NCBI GenBank assembly: GCA_015233495.1
Contig: JADFXQ010000007.1
Coordinates: 1-54,341 of the forward strand
Direction: 5' to 3'
Origin: Candidatus Omnitrophota bacterium
GTDB taxonomy: Bacteria > Omnitrophota > Gorgyraeia > Zapsychrales > Zapsychraceae
DNA: 54,341 nucleotides
Shown here: positions 9,261-19,393 of the stretch, in pieces
Layout: each line of letters opens with the position of its first letter
Numbering within the stretch: the first letter of the stretch is position 1
Notes under the pieces: generated by a model
What the model was told of the DNA's origin: nothing
Seen by the model: only the letters and a program-made list of their open reading frames with translations
Database searches by the model: none
Made by a program: the position numbers and the translations under genes

Positions 9261-12242
9261 CTATCGGCCGCAGCATTTTTTATATTTTTTCCCGCTGCCG
9301 CACGGGCATTGGTCATTGCGGCCGACTTTGGGTCCTTCATGGCGAAACGGTTGCGGCGCGGTTTCTGCTTCCGGAGCGGCTGAACCGTCTGGGTTAACCG
9401 GGGCGGATTGACGGGCGACTTCCGACATACCGCCGATTTCATTGTGAATGGTTTGTTGGGGGATCCCGGAAAACACACTGCGCATCTGCGCCGGGGCTCC
9501 TTCGCGGCGGGGTTGGAGTTTAAACATAACTTCCGCGACTTCTTCTTTAAGGGAACCGTGCATATCCTGAAACATCGCAAACCCTTCTTTCTTGAATTCG
9601 ATCAAAGGGTCGCGCTGAGCAAAAGAGCGCAAACCAATCCCTTCCTTTAATTGGTCCATGGCATACAAATGATCTTTCCATTTGGAATCAATCGTATGCA
9701 AAAACACCATGCGTTCCAAATGCCGTAAAGGAACCGGATCAATTTCTTTTTCTTTCGCCTCATACATCATTGTCAAATGATTGAAAATTTTTTCCTTAAG
9801 ATCCTCCGCAGACATAGCCCGGATCTGCTCTTTCACATCCTCAATGCTATATCCGAATTTGCCGCGCAAATAAATATCCAGCCCGTCTACGTCCCAGCCG
9901 CCTGCCTGACCTTCCGCTTGGGTGTATTGCGCTAAAGCCAAACTAACGGTTTCCGTTACCGCGTCCATGACCAAAGGTTTGACATTCTCTTGTTCGAGTA
10001 TGGAACGGCGCATATCATAGACCACTTCCCTTTGCCGGTTCATGACATCGTCATATTCCAACAAATGTTTACGGATCTCAAAGTTATGCGACTCCACCCG
10101 TTTTTGCGCGGTTTCAATCGCGCCGGAGAGCCAGGGATGTTCCAAAACCTGGCCTTCTTCCATGCCCAACTTGTCCATGAGCCCAATGATTTTGTCCGAC
10201 GCAAACAAGCGCATCAAATCATCTTCCAAAGACACATAAAATTTCGACGCGCCCGGGTCGCCTTGCCGGCCTTGCCGGCCGCGCAGCTGATTGTCAATGC
10301 GCCGCGATTCATGGCGTTCCGTGCCGATGACATATAACCCGCCGCGCTCTAAAACCTTTTTCTGTTCCTCTTTGCACTTGACGCGGAACTCTTCTAAAAA
10401 TTGAGTCACGACCGCGGCCTGTTCTTCCGCAGTCTGTTTCTCCGTAAATTTCTGGGCCGCGAGATTTTTGGCCAAATAATCCGGGTTGCCGCCCAGCACA
10501 ATGTCCGTGCCGCGGCCCGCCATATTGGTCGCGATCGTGACCCCGGCGAACCGGCCGGCCTGGGCAATGATGTTCGCTTCCTGTTCGTGAAATTTCGCGT
10601 TCAAAACCTGATGCGGAATGCCGCGCTGTTTGAGCAGATTTGCCACCCGCTCCGATTTCTCGATTGAGATCGTGCCGACGAGAACCGGCTGGCCGTTTTT
10701 ATGGCAGGCGGCAATTTCTTCCACCACCGCGTTAAATTTCTCCCGCTGGCTGCGGTAGATCGCGTCCGGCAGATTTTTGCGCAGCAAAGGCTTGTTCGTC
10801 GGAATCGTGATAACGTCTAAGCCGTAAATGGATTTGAATTCCGTGGCCTCAGTGTACGCGGTGCCGGTCATGCCTGCCAATTTTTCATAAAGCCGAAAAT
10901 AATTCTGGAGCGTGATCGTCGCCAAAGTCTGGTTTTCGCGCTCGATTTTGATCCCTTCCTTGGCCTCCACCGCCTGATGCAACCCATCCGACCAGCGGCG
11001 GCCCGGCATCAAACGTCCGGTGAATTCATCGACAATGATCACCTCGCCCTCCCGCGCCACATAATCCACATCAATATGAAAAAATTCCCGCGCCCGCACT
11101 GCCTGCAAAATATGATGGCGGTATTCAATCGTTTCCATGTCATGCAAATTGTCCACGCCAAACAGCTTGGCGGCTTTTTGTTCGCCGACTTCCGTCAGAG
11201 AAATGGACTTGGATTTTTCATCCGCCATATAATCAAACCCGGCGGCTAAATCAATGTTTTTATACTTCGCGTCCACTTCCTCTTTTTCCGTGATCCGCCG
11301 GCCTTTTAACTTTTTTGCAATCTCATTGGCGCGATAATATTTGTCGGTCGATTCCTCAGCCGGCCCGGAAATAATCAGCGGGGTACGCGCCTCATCCACC
11401 AAAATACTGTCAACCTCGTCAACAATCGCGAAATGATGCCGCCTTTGCACCATGTCTTCGCGGTAGGTCACCATGTTGTCGCGCAGATAATCAAACCCAA
11501 ACTCATTGTTCGTGCCGTAAGTGATGTCGCAGCCATACGCCGCCTGCCGTTCGGCAGGCATCAAATCATGCTGAATAACGCCGACCCGCAAGCCCAAAAA
11601 TTCAAAAATCGGCCCCATCCATTCCCGGTCACGCTTGGCCAAATAATCATTTACCGTGACCACATGCACGCCTTCGCCGGTCATCCCGTTTAAATACGCC
11701 GGCAAAGTCGCGACCAAAGTTTTCCCTTCCCCCGTCGTCATTTCCGAAATGCAACCCTGATGCAAAGCCATGCCTCCGATCATCTGCACGTCGAAATGGC
11801 GCAGGCCGATCACCCGCTTGCTCGCCTCCCGCACCACCGCAAAGGCGGCGGGCAAAATTTCGCTCAGCGTTTCGGTTTTAACGCGTTTAAATTCCTCATA
11901 CACCGCGGTCAACTGCGTATTGATCGCCTCTTTTTCGGCATCGGCAAGCGCGGCGCGCAGTTGGGTTTCCAACTGATCCATTTGCGTCTTATGCTGCCCT
12001 ACCGCCGCGTCATAAGCAGCCCGAAATTCCTTGGTCTTTGCCGCGAGCTGTTCATCCGTCAACGCGCTGATCTCCGCTTCCAGAGCGCTGATCTTCGCCA
12101 CTACCGGCGCCATCTTCTTCAGCGCCCGCATCGAAGGCAAAGGCAGGTCGACTGGGACATGGATATTCACCTTCGGCTCCAACCCGTCGATAAATTTTTG
12201 AACATTTTTTAAATAATACTTCTGTAAAAAGAATTTAAACAT
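9261..12242 (-). CDS. secA: Preprotein translocase ATPase SecA
   Basis: MTTGEGKT Walker [32 protein letters not shown], and C-terminal SEC-C motif [18 protein letters not shown]. Confidence 0.98.
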   Translation of the reverse strand: MFKFFLQKYYLKNVQKFIDGLEPKVNIHVPVDLPLPSMRALKKMAPVVAKISALEAEISALTDEQLAAKTKEFRAAYDAAVGQHKTQMDQLETQLRAALADAEKEAINTQLTAVYEEFKRVKTETLSEILPAAFAVVREASKRVIGLRHFDVQMIGGMALHQGCISEMTTGEGKTLVATLPAYLNGMTGEGVHVVTVNDYLAKRDREWMGPIFEFLGLRVGVIQHDLMPAERQAAYGCDITYGTNNEFGFDYLRDNMVTYREDMVQRRHHFAIVDEVDSILVDEARTPLIISGPAEESTDKYYRANEIAKKLKGRRITEKEEVDAKYKNIDLAAGFDYMADEKSKSISLTEVGEQKAAKLFGVDNLHDMETIEYRHHILQAVRAREFFHIDVDYVAREGEVIIVDEFTGRLMPGRRWSDGLHQAVEAKEGIKIERENQTLATITLQNYFRLYEKLAGMTGTAYTEATEFKSIYGLDVITIPTNKPLLRKNLPDAIYRSQREKFNAVVEEIAACHKNGQPVLVGTISIEKSERVANLLKQRGIPHQVLNAKFHEQEANIIAQAGRFAGVTIATNMAGRGTDIVLGGNPDYLAKNLAAQKFTEKQTAEEQAAVVTQFLEEFRVKCKEEQKKVLERGGLYVIGTERHESRRIDNQLRGRQGRQGDPGASKFYVSLEDDLMRLFASDKIIGLMDKLGMEEGQVLEHPWLSGAIETAQKRVESHNFEIRKHLLEYDDVMNRQREVVYDMRRSILEQENVKPLVMDAVTETVSLALAQYTQAEGQAGGWDVDGLDIYLRGKFGYSIEDVKEQIRAMSAEDLKEKIFNHLTMMYEAKEKEIDPVPLRHLERMVFLHTIDSKWKDHLYAMDQLKEGIGLRSFAQRDPLIEFKKEGFAMFQDMHGSLKEEVAEVMFKLQPRREGAPAQMRSVFSGIPQQTIHNEIGGMSEVARQSAPVNPDGSAAPEAETAPQPFRHEGPKVGRNDQCPCGSGKKYKKCCGR

Positions 12243-12287
12243 ATCCCATCCGTTCGTTAAATTGTAAAAAATACGAAAAATTGACCA

Positions 12288-13049
12288 TTATCTTTGTGTC
12301 CCTAAAATATCCTTACCTTTTTTTGTTAAACGATATTTCTGCAAACGACTATTAGGCTTATCAACAATAGTTCTTTTAATCAACGCTTGTTGAAGCAATC
12401 TCACGATGGCTTTCTTAAAATTACCCGTAGGCTGTGAACAGCCAAGAACGCGAAGCAATTCATTCCGAGCCAAATCCTGATTTTGCAATGATACGATGAT
12501 TTTCTTTTCTGTTTCGGCAAGCACGACTGGGGCCTCCACTGGGGCCTCTGGGGCCTCGACTTGAGTTGTCGACCGGATTGGCGTTCCGGAGCGTCTTGCG
12601 GTTTTACAACGGATAGTCAGCACAAACTGCCCGTCGCGCTGTTCAAACTCCGGTTCGGGAATGCCTGCCTTGCGGCATGAGGCGATCATATCCAGCGTTC
12701 CGGTCCCCGCGCGCTCGATATAAAGCGCCCAGAACAACGGCTCGCTGATAAGCGGATTATGCGGCAATGAAGAATGCGCTGTGCGCAATGATTTCAGCGT
12801 CATCCCGGATGGCAACGCGCCCGCGGCCCCATACTCATGGCCCAACAAACATACATACACGTCGCATTTTTTAACTTCTTCCAAAAACACGGAATCCGGG
12901 CCGCGATCACGGGCGGTAACATCTTCAAACAGAAAAACATCAAAATAACGGCGGCATAAAGGATCGCGCGTCATAAAATCCCTCAACGCGACACGCTCTT
13001 CCTTAAACTCTTTCTGAACACTGCTGATGAATATTTTATGCTTTTCCAT
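12288..13049 (-). pseudogene. DUF4062-type N-terminus fused to a RecG-like/HATPase_c_4 C-terminal part and wHTH; apparently internally deleted in frame
   Basis: IFISSVQKEF...YVCLLGHEYG jumps straight to GALPSGMTLKSL...HNPLISEPL...IERAGTG and ends DKPNSRLQKYRLT. The middle region I expect in this family is missing. Confidence 0.6.
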
Positions 13050-13189
13050 GACTATGATTTAAGCCCGTTCTCTTCTATAAGTTTTTTGACCTCTGCGGCC
13101 CTATAACAATATGATGGTTTTCTTTGGTGATCCAATGGCCTGCGGCGCAACGCGCCTTTGGTTTAAAATCATTTTTATCTTTGGCCGTC

Positions 13190-13498
13190 TTAGCCGCCGA
13201 TGACGCCGGAAATGTCCCGCGCGGTATGGAGCAGGCGGACAATTTCGATTCTGATTTTCTGTGGAAAATAAAAAACCAAATATTTTTTAAAGCCGATCAC
13301 CGGGAAAAACCGGATACCAAGAAGTTTTTTGTTCGAAACCGGATATTTTGGTCCGATGTGGGGATTGCGTTCCAAAAACTCGAATGTCTTGCGGCAGGCA
13401 TCATAAAAATTCGCCGCACTGTTTGGACTCTCTTCCCAAATATAAGAAACCGACCTCTCCATATCGAGGACAGCTAAAGGCCGAATAAAAACTTTCAT
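13190..13498 (-). CDS. parE: RelE/ParE family type II toxin
   Basis: IRPLAVLDM...YIWEESPNSAANF...NPHIG...YLVFY...IEIVRLLHTARDI; overlaps the antitoxin by 4 bp. Confidence 0.85.
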   Translation of the reverse strand: MKVFIRPLAVLDMERSVSYIWEESPNSAANFYDACRKTFEFLERNPHIGPKYPVSNKKLLGIRFFPVIGFKKYLVFYFPQKIRIEIVRLLHTARDISGVIGG

Positions 13499-13740
13499 GC
13501 CTTGCCGGCCTTCTTTCTGATTCCCGTTTTTAAATTCTGCCAGAATGCCTCGTTGACTTCCGCGGCCGGGCCGCTGTTCAGCCCATCCAGCAGTTTATCT
13601 TCGAGCGTCATCTGCCGGCGCTGATCCAACCGTACCAGCTCGCGCATATAATCGCTCACGCTCGTGTAATCGCCCGTCTCAACCCGGCTATTAATCCATT
13701 CCCGAAGATTGACTGGTATAGATATGTTCAGTGTTGCCAT
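13495..13740 (-). CDS. parD: ParD family RHH antitoxin (start revised to ATG 13740)
   Basis: MATLNISIP..LREWINSRVETGDYTSVSDYMRELVRLDQ...LLDGLNSG; GGAGGAG RBS before ATG 13740. Confidence 0.85.
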   Translation of the reverse strand: MATLNISIPVNLREWINSRVETGDYTSVSDYMRELVRLDQRRQMTLEDKLLDGLNSGPAAEVNEAFWQNLKTGIRKKAGKA

Positions 13741-13759
13741 CGAATGCTCCTCCCCATTC

Positions 13760-13789
13760 AATATGGCATATATTGCCAATAATTGTCAA
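13760..13789 (-). promoter_or_regulatory. parDE promoter with probable autoregulatory operator
   Basis: TTGACA (13789-13784), 18 nt, CATATT; palindrome TGGCA-TATAT-TGCCA at 13764-13778 overlaps the spacer and -10. Confidence 0.6.
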
Positions 13790-13795
13790 GAAATA

Positions 13796-14885
13796 TTACG
13801 GCTTCATTTTCAAATACGCCTCAATGAACATATCCAAATCCCCGTCCATGACTTTTTGCACATTGCCGGTCTCAACTTCGGTGCGGTGGTCTTTCACCAT
13901 GGAATAGGGGTGCATGACATAGGAACGAATCTGACTGCCCCATTCGATTTTTTGTTTTTGGCCGTATTCCTTGGCCATTTTTTCGTCATGTTCTTTGCGC
14001 TTCAAGGCGTATAGCCTGGCGCGCAGAATTTTCATGGCTGTGGCTTTATTGTGCAGTTGCGACCGCTCATTTTGGCACTGCGCTACTAATCCCGTCGGTA
14101 AATGCGTGATGCGCACCGCGGAATCGGTCGTGTTCACGCTCTGGCCGCCCGGGCCGGACGAGCGGTAAATATCAATCCGCAATTCATCCGGGTTGAGTTC
14201 TACGTCCGGGGCATCTTCCACTTCCGGGATCACATCCACCGACGCGAACGAGGTGTGCCGGCGTTTGTTCGCGTCAAACGGCGAAATGCGCACCAAACGG
14301 TGCACGCCGCGCTCCGCCTTCAAATACCCATACGCCATATCGCCGTCCACCGCGACCGTGACATTCTTGATCCCCGCCTCTTCACCGGCTAGGATATCGA
14401 TCACCTTGGCCGACGCGCCATGTTCATCCGCCCAGCGCAAATACATCCGCAGCAGCATATTCGCCCAATCGCACGACTCCGTGCCGCCGGCGCCGGCATT
14501 AATACTCAAAATCGCGTTATTGCGGTCAAATTCGCCGGACAACAGCGTCTTGATTTCCAAAGCGTCAATTTCCTTGGCCAACGACGCCAACTCGGTCTGA
14601 ATCTGTTCCAGCATAGCCGGATCATCCATAGACAACGCCGCCAACTCCTCGCAATCCGCCAATTTTTTCGTTCCGGTTTCAAACGGCTCAACCAAACCCT
14701 TGAGATATTTCAGTTCCCGCATGGTTTTATTCGCGAGCTCCTGATTATCCCAAAAATTCGGCCCGGACATATCCTCTTGAATCGCTTTTATCTTTTGTTC
14801 CTTGGACGGCAGGTCAAAGAAACCCCCGAAGTAGGGCCAGTTTTTCCTGAAGCGCGGCGATCATGTTCGTTATTTCATGCGACAT
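13796..14885 (-). CDS. prfB: Peptide chain release factor 2, expressed by programmed +1 frameshift
   Basis: SPF and GGQ motifs. Upstream 23-codon ORF MSHEITNMIAALQEKLALLRGFL (ATG 14885) ends in CTT TGA C and joins the main frame. Confidence 0.97.
14813..14828 (-). promoter_or_regulatory. RF2 autoregulatory +1 frameshift site
   Basis: GGGGG TTT CTT TGA C: internal SD-like sequence followed by the canonical CTT-TGA-C site. Confidence 0.95.
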
Positions 14886-15033
14886 ATTTATATCCAATTT
14901 TCAATATTTTCGTCTTAAATTCTATAAACAGAGGGTATCACAAGTATAACACTGCGACAATATCTTTATTGGTCGAATTTTCCTTGCTACATAACAATCC
15001 AATGCTATACTTATCTTAGAAAAAGAGGCCATT

Positions 15034-15297
15034 ATGGTTATTGCCGAATCACAAATCACGGCTAAACGCCAAATCACCATCCCCATGACTATCATGAAGA
15101 AACTTCATCTTCATCCCGGGGACGGACTGTCTTTTGACGAAAAAGACGGCCAAATTCACGTCGTCCCCAAAAAGTCATCCAACATCAATGATCTTTTTTT
15201 ACGCTTCTCCCCCAAAACAAAAATCCGTTTAACCGAAGAACAGTTGCGCAAAGCACGTCAGGAAATCTGGGGAGAACGCTATGAAACTCGCCGTTGA
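15034..15297 (+). CDS. AbrB/MazE/VapB-type antitoxin
   Basis: SQITAKRQITIP..IMKKLHLHPGDGLSF; overlaps the downstream PIN gene. Confidence 0.85.
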   Translation: MVIAESQITAKRQITIPMTIMKKLHLHPGDGLSFDEKDGQIHVVPKKSSNINDLFLRFSPKTKIRLTEEQLRKARQEIWGERYETRR

Positions 15298-15676
15298 TAC
15301 GAACGTTGTGTTAAGAGCCGTTCTGAATGATATCCCCGCGATGGGAGAAGCCGCCCGTGACACACTCTCGGCTTATACGAATAAAGACGTTTTTTTATCC
15401 TGTGTTGTCCTTATCGAAATTTTTTATGTCGTTCATAAATATTATAAGCTCCCTGAAAAAGATACGCTGGACCTCATTCACGGATTACTTAATGACTCCG
15501 CTTTCCAAGTGGAACACGAGGTCGCGGTCCGCTTGGCATTGGCAAAAACCCAAAAAGGTCTTCCCTTCATAGACACCCTGATCGGTGAAATCGGAGCTTT
15601 GCGCAATCTGCACACCCTGACATTCGACGCCAAATTGTTGGAAAAAGATAAAAATTTTGTTCCGGTAAAAAAATAA
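15281..15676 (+). CDS. vapC: VapC family PIN-domain toxin
   Basis: AVDTNVVLR, VLIE, FIDTLI and TLTFD carry the PIN acidic residues. Confidence 0.85.
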   Translation: MKLAVDTNVVLRAVLNDIPAMGEAARDTLSAYTNKDVFLSCVVLIEIFYVVHKYYKLPEKDTLDLIHGLLNDSAFQVEHEVAVRLALAKTQKGLPFIDTLIGEIGALRNLHTLTFDAKLLEKDKNFVPVKK

Positions 15677-15690
15677 CGTCCCGTTTATGT

Positions 15691-16005
15691 TCAATGATGG
15701 GACCGCATTTGCCCCGCGATTTTTTGTTCAATCGCCAACAGGGCGAGTTTACGTTTGGGCGAGCCGCCTTCATATCCGCCCGGGGTACCGTCGGATTTGA
15801 CCACGCGGTGACAGGGGATGATGCCGGGATAGGGATTGCGGCGCAGGGCCTGGCCGACCGCGCGGCTGGCGCCCGGCGAACCGGCTTGCTTGGCGACCCA
15901 CTGATAGGTGCGCGTTTCACCGAACGGAATGGTGAGGGCGATCTTCAGCACTTTCCACTGAAAAGCTGTGAGACGCGCCGTGTGTTCGTGAATGGTGATC
16001 TGCAT
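15691..16005 (-). CDS. ogt: O6-alkylguanine DNA alkyltransferase (MGMT family), C-terminal domain only
   Basis: TAFQWKV...IPFGETRTY...RAVGQAL..NP...IIPCHRVV with the active Cys; ATG 16005 has a GGAGAGGAG RBS. Confidence 0.85.
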   Translation of the reverse strand: MQITIHEHTARLTAFQWKVLKIALTIPFGETRTYQWVAKQAGSPGASRAVGQALRRNPYPGIIPCHRVVKSDGTPGGYEGGSPKRKLALLAIEQKIAGQMRSHH

Positions 16006-16039
16006 AAGCTCCTCTCCGGACAAATATGCTTTAATTGGC

Positions 16040-16052
16040 GGGGCGCTCCTAC
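16040..16052 (-). repeat. REP remnant providing the uvrC TAG stop
   Basis: Minus strand GTAGGAGCGCCCC, one mismatch from the GTAGGGGCGCCCC end of the REP at 28909. Confidence 0.6.
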
Positions 16053-17284
16053 GATTTGAAGCCTTTTCCTCTTAACAACCGATGATAATTGACCGCAAAC
16101 CGGTGCGCCTCGTCGCGGCAGCGCTGTAATAAATGCAGGCCGAGGGAATCTTTGGGCAAACGGACCGGACTGCGGCGTTCAGGCGTAAAAATTTCTTCGT
16201 CTTGTTTGGCCAAGGAGATCAGCGGAATATCGACCTCTAATTTTTTCAACTCATCCGCCGCGGCGGACAACTGGCCTTTGCCGCCGTCAATCACCACCAA
16301 GTCCGGGAACAGCGCCCGTTCGGTTTTAAGCCGCGTGTACCGCCGCCGGACCACTTCGGCAATCATTTTAAAATCATCGATCCCCGTCACTGTCTTGATG
16401 CGGAACCGCCGATAATTCGCCTTATCCGGCATCCCGTTTAAAAACGCGACCATGGACCCAACGGAAAATATGCCCATGATATTGGAAATATCAAATGTTT
16501 CGATCCGCAAAGGCGGCTTGGGCAGATTCAAGGCCCGCTGTAACTGCTCCGCTTCCTTATAATAATTCACATCCCGCGTCCCGGAATACAAAGCTCCGAT
16601 CGCCCGGATCTGGTCCCGGACCACCGCCGCCTTTTCAAATCGCTTGGCTTGCGACAATCGTTCCATGTCCTTGGATAAAGACCGGAACAGTTCGTTTTTC
16701 TTGCCTTCAAGGATCAACCGGATTTTTTTAATGTTCCTTAAATAATCAACGCGGGAAATTTTTCCGGCACACGGGCCGGTGCATAAACCGATATGATAAT
16801 CCAAACACAATTTGGTTGTGCCCGGCGAACAGACACAAAACGGAAAAATCTTGCGGATGATATTGAGCGCCTCGCGGACCAAATGGGCGCCGACATAAGG
16901 GCCATAATAAATTGAGGTCGGATTCCTTTCCCGCGGCCGCCGGATAAAAATCCGGGGAAATTCGTCCCCGGTAATTTCAATCAAGGGATAAGACTTATCG
17001 TCACGCAGATCGATATTGTATTTGGGGTGATACTGTTTGATCAGACTGGCTTCGAGGATCAGGGCCTCCGCCTCGCTCTGCGTCTCCATCACGTCGATCG
17101 AGGCGATATGCGTAACCAGCTGTTCCGTTTTCGCATCCGCCACCCGGCCCCGGAAATACGACTGCACCCGCTTGCGCAAAGACACAGCCTTGCCGACATA
17201 AATCACAACGCCGGAGGCGTCCTTCATCAAATAGACGCCGCTGGTCAGCGGCAACAATTTTATTCTTTCACTGGAATTAAGCAT
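16049..17284 (-). CDS. uvrC: Excinuclease ABC subunit C, compact form without the C-terminal HhH
   Basis: GIY-YIG GVYLM..IYVGKAVSLRKRV, UVR domain, RNase H-like IETFDIS...PDLVVIDGGKGQL...RDEAHRFA, then an early stop. Confidence 0.92.
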   Translation of the reverse strand: MLNSSERIKLLPLTSGVYLMKDASGVVIYVGKAVSLRKRVQSYFRGRVADAKTEQLVTHIASIDVMETQSEAEALILEASLIKQYHPKYNIDLRDDKSYPLIEITGDEFPRIFIRRPRERNPTSIYYGPYVGAHLVREALNIIRKIFPFCVCSPGTTKLCLDYHIGLCTGPCAGKISRVDYLRNIKKIRLILEGKKNELFRSLSKDMERLSQAKRFEKAAVVRDQIRAIGALYSGTRDVNYYKEAEQLQRALNLPKPPLRIETFDISNIMGIFSVGSMVAFLNGMPDKANYRRFRIKTVTGIDDFKMIAEVVRRRYTRLKTERALFPDLVVIDGGKGQLSAAADELKKLEVDIPLISLAKQDEEIFTPERRSPVRLPKDSLGLHLLQRCRDEAHRFAVNYHRLLRGKGFKS

Positions 17285-17289
17285 TTTTT

Positions 17290-17370
17290 GCAGGGGCGCC
17301 CCCATACGTGTCAAGTTAAGACGTCATTTCGACAATGATTATCGATGGTGTAGTTAAGGGGCACCCCTAC
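17290..17370. repeat. Degenerate REPIN between uvrC and murJ
   Basis: GCAGGGGCGCCCC at 17290 and AGGGGCACCCCTAC ending at 17370, inverted and spanning 81 bp (intact copy is 74 bp). Confidence 0.6.
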
Positions 17371-17381
17371 GACATACATCA

Positions 17382-19052
17382 TTATCTGTGCCGCATGATC
17401 ACTTGCCACGCCTTACGCGCCTGATCAATGTTCAACAAATAACAAGCTCCCCAATAAACCACTACGCACAACAGCATTGCCGTTGTCAATTTTTCCCATT
17501 CATGGGCCAAACCCAACTTGGCATAGACAAATTGTCCGACGCCAAACATCAAGATTCCGGCCAATGTGATCCGCCGGGCGTAGTCCCACAACCCCGGTCC
17601 CATGCCTTGGATTCGGCGATTCAAAACCATATAGAGCAAAACCGCGTTGATCGTTCCGGTGACCGCGCTGGACAAGGCAATACCGCTGATGCCAAAGGGA
17701 ACAATCAACAGCGCGTTCAATGCCGCGCTCAACAGCAAACACAGCCCGGCAATTTTCACCGGCGTCTTGGTGTCTTGCAGGGAATAAAACGCCGAAACGA
17801 GGATCTTAACCGTGCCGAATCCAAACAGACCCAAAGAATAAAACGCCAACGCCGACGCGGTGATCGCCGTGGAATACGTATCAAACGCGCCCCGCTGAAA
17901 CATCAAACGGATCATGGGGCCGGCAAACAACAAAAACAAAACCATCATCGGACACATTACAAAAAAAATGTTTTCTAAAGCAAAGACCAATGTACGTTTG
18001 AATCCGGTCATATCTTTTTGCGCGGCCAAGGCGGAAAATGACGGCAATACCGCGGAAGCTAAAGACACGCCGAACAATCCCATCGGCAATTGCAAAAGCC
18101 GATTCGCGAAATAAATCGCGGAAATGCCGCCCGGCCCGACAATCGACGCCAACGACGCGCAAAACGTGTCCACAAACACGGACAATTGATACACGCCGTT
18201 GCCCAACATCCGCGGCATGATCAATCGGCTGATTTTCGTCATGCCCGGATGCGCAAATTTTCTCGGCCATTCATGACGGATGCCGCAGCGTTTTAGCGCC
18301 GCGGTCTGCCACGCCAATTGCATAAACCCGCCGAGCAAAATGCCGAATGCCAGCCAATAAACGCCTTGTTCCCGCGGCCACCAAAACGCGATCACGGTTG
18401 TGATGATCAAAGCGATGTTGAACAAGCAAGGAGAATACGCGGGCGCGGCAAACGAACGGAAAGTATATAACACGCCCATGGAATAGGCGGTTAACCCGAT
18501 CAAAACCAAATAGGGGAAAATGACCCGCGTCAACGAAACCGTCATCGCGTATTGCGCCGGGGCCGCGTAAAAACCCGGAGCCATAATTCGCACCACCCAA
18601 GGCGCCATGATGATACCGGCTACCGCGATCAATCCCAAACAAACCGTCCCAAAAAACAAAATCAAATTAACCAAGCGGTTCAGTTCCTCCCGGTCTTTGG
18701 TTTCTTTATATTCCGCCAGGACCGGAACAATCGCCGCATTGCTCGCGCCTTCGCCCACCATGTCCCGCAGAAGATTCGGTATTTTCTGCGCGACAAAAAA
18801 CGCGTCCGCGACCCAACCCGTTCCGAGCAAACGGGCAAGGATCACATCCCGAACAAATCCCAAAACCCGCGACGCCAAAGTCCCGGAAAACAAAACCGAG
18901 GTCGATTTCACAATCGCCCGCTTAGAATCTACTCCCGCCGCTCTTCTCTCCCCGGCGGTGTCGGTGGGAGAAAGCCGGTCTTCCACAGCCCCGCCAGCGA
19001 AATCTTGTGTCTTGTGTCGTGTGTCCTGTGTCTTGCCCCCTCTAAAATCCAT
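17382..19052 (-). CDS. murJ: Lipid II flippase MurJ (start uncertain)
   Basis: SRVLGFVRD, ADAFFVAQKIPNLLR...GEGA, YFANRLLQLP, FYSLQDTKTPV. Confidence 0.95.
   Translation of the reverse strand: MDFRGGKTQDTRHKTQDFAGGAVEDRLSPTDTAGERRAAGVDSKRAIVKSTSVLFSGTLASRVLGFVRDVILARLLGTGWVADAFFVAQKIPNLLRDMVGEGASNAAIVPVLAEYKETKDREELNRLVNLILFFGTVCLGLIAVAGIIMAPWVVRIMAPGFYAAPAQYAMTVSLTRVIFPYLVLIGLTAYSMGVLYTFRSFAAPAYSPCLFNIALIITTVIAFWWPREQGVYWLAFGILLGGFMQLAWQTAALKRCGIRHEWPRKFAHPGMTKISRLIMPRMLGNGVYQLSVFVDTFCASLASIVGPGGISAIYFANRLLQLPMGLFGVSLASAVLPSFSALAAQKDMTGFKRTLVFALENIFFVMCPMMVLFLLFAGPMIRLMFQRGAFDTYSTAITASALAFYSLGLFGFGTVKILVSAFYSLQDTKTPVKIAGLCLLLSAALNALLIVPFGISGIALSSAVTGTINAVLLYMVLNRRIQGMGPGLWDYARRITLAGILMFGVGQFVYAKLGLAHEWEKLTTAMLLCVVVYWGACYLLNIDQARKAWQVIMRHR
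19003..19035. repeat. Heptamer tandem repeat (TCTTGTG)n
   Basis: tcttgtg tcttgtg tcgtgtg tcctgtg tcttg; reads KTQDTRHKTQD in the extended MurJ N-terminus; same unit as at 52477-52631. Confidence 0.8.
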
Positions 19053-19081
19053 TTGACACTCTTTGGCTTTTTTGCTACATT
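19053..19081 (+). promoter_or_regulatory. Sigma70 promoter of rpsT
   Basis: TTGACA-17 nt-TACATT with TG extended -10; AAGGA RBS downstream. Confidence 0.75.
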
Positions 19082-19108
19082 ATTGCCTCAAAAACGAAAG
19101 GAATACTC

Positions 19109-19393
19109 ATGCCACAACGTAAATGCGCCGTGAAAGAACTTAAGAAGAACCATGCCCGGCATATGCACAACATGGATCTCAAAACCGATTTGAAAAAAAC
19201 GATCAAACGTTATGTAGCCGCGGTCAAGGACAACAAGACCGAAGAAGCCAAAACTAATTTATCTCTCGTCTATAAAAAATTGGATAAGGCCGCAAAAGTC
19301 GACTTGATCAAAGCCAACGCCGCATCCCGGAAGAAATCCCGCCTCAGCCGTTTGTTATTAACGCCTACGGCAGAAGCGCAAAAAGCTTCATAA
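19109..19393 (+). CDS. rpsT: 30S ribosomal protein S20
   Basis: MPQRKCAVKELKKN...KKLDKAAKVDLIKANAASRKKSRL. Confidence 0.95.
   Translation: MPQRKCAVKELKKNHARHMHNMDLKTDLKKTIKRYVAAVKDNKTEEAKTNLSLVYKKLDKAAKVDLIKANAASRKKSRLSRLLLTPTAEAQKAS

Noticed and set aside
13124-13477. 117-aa plus-strand ORF
   Set aside because: Antisense to the well-supported parE gene, with no recognisable motif.
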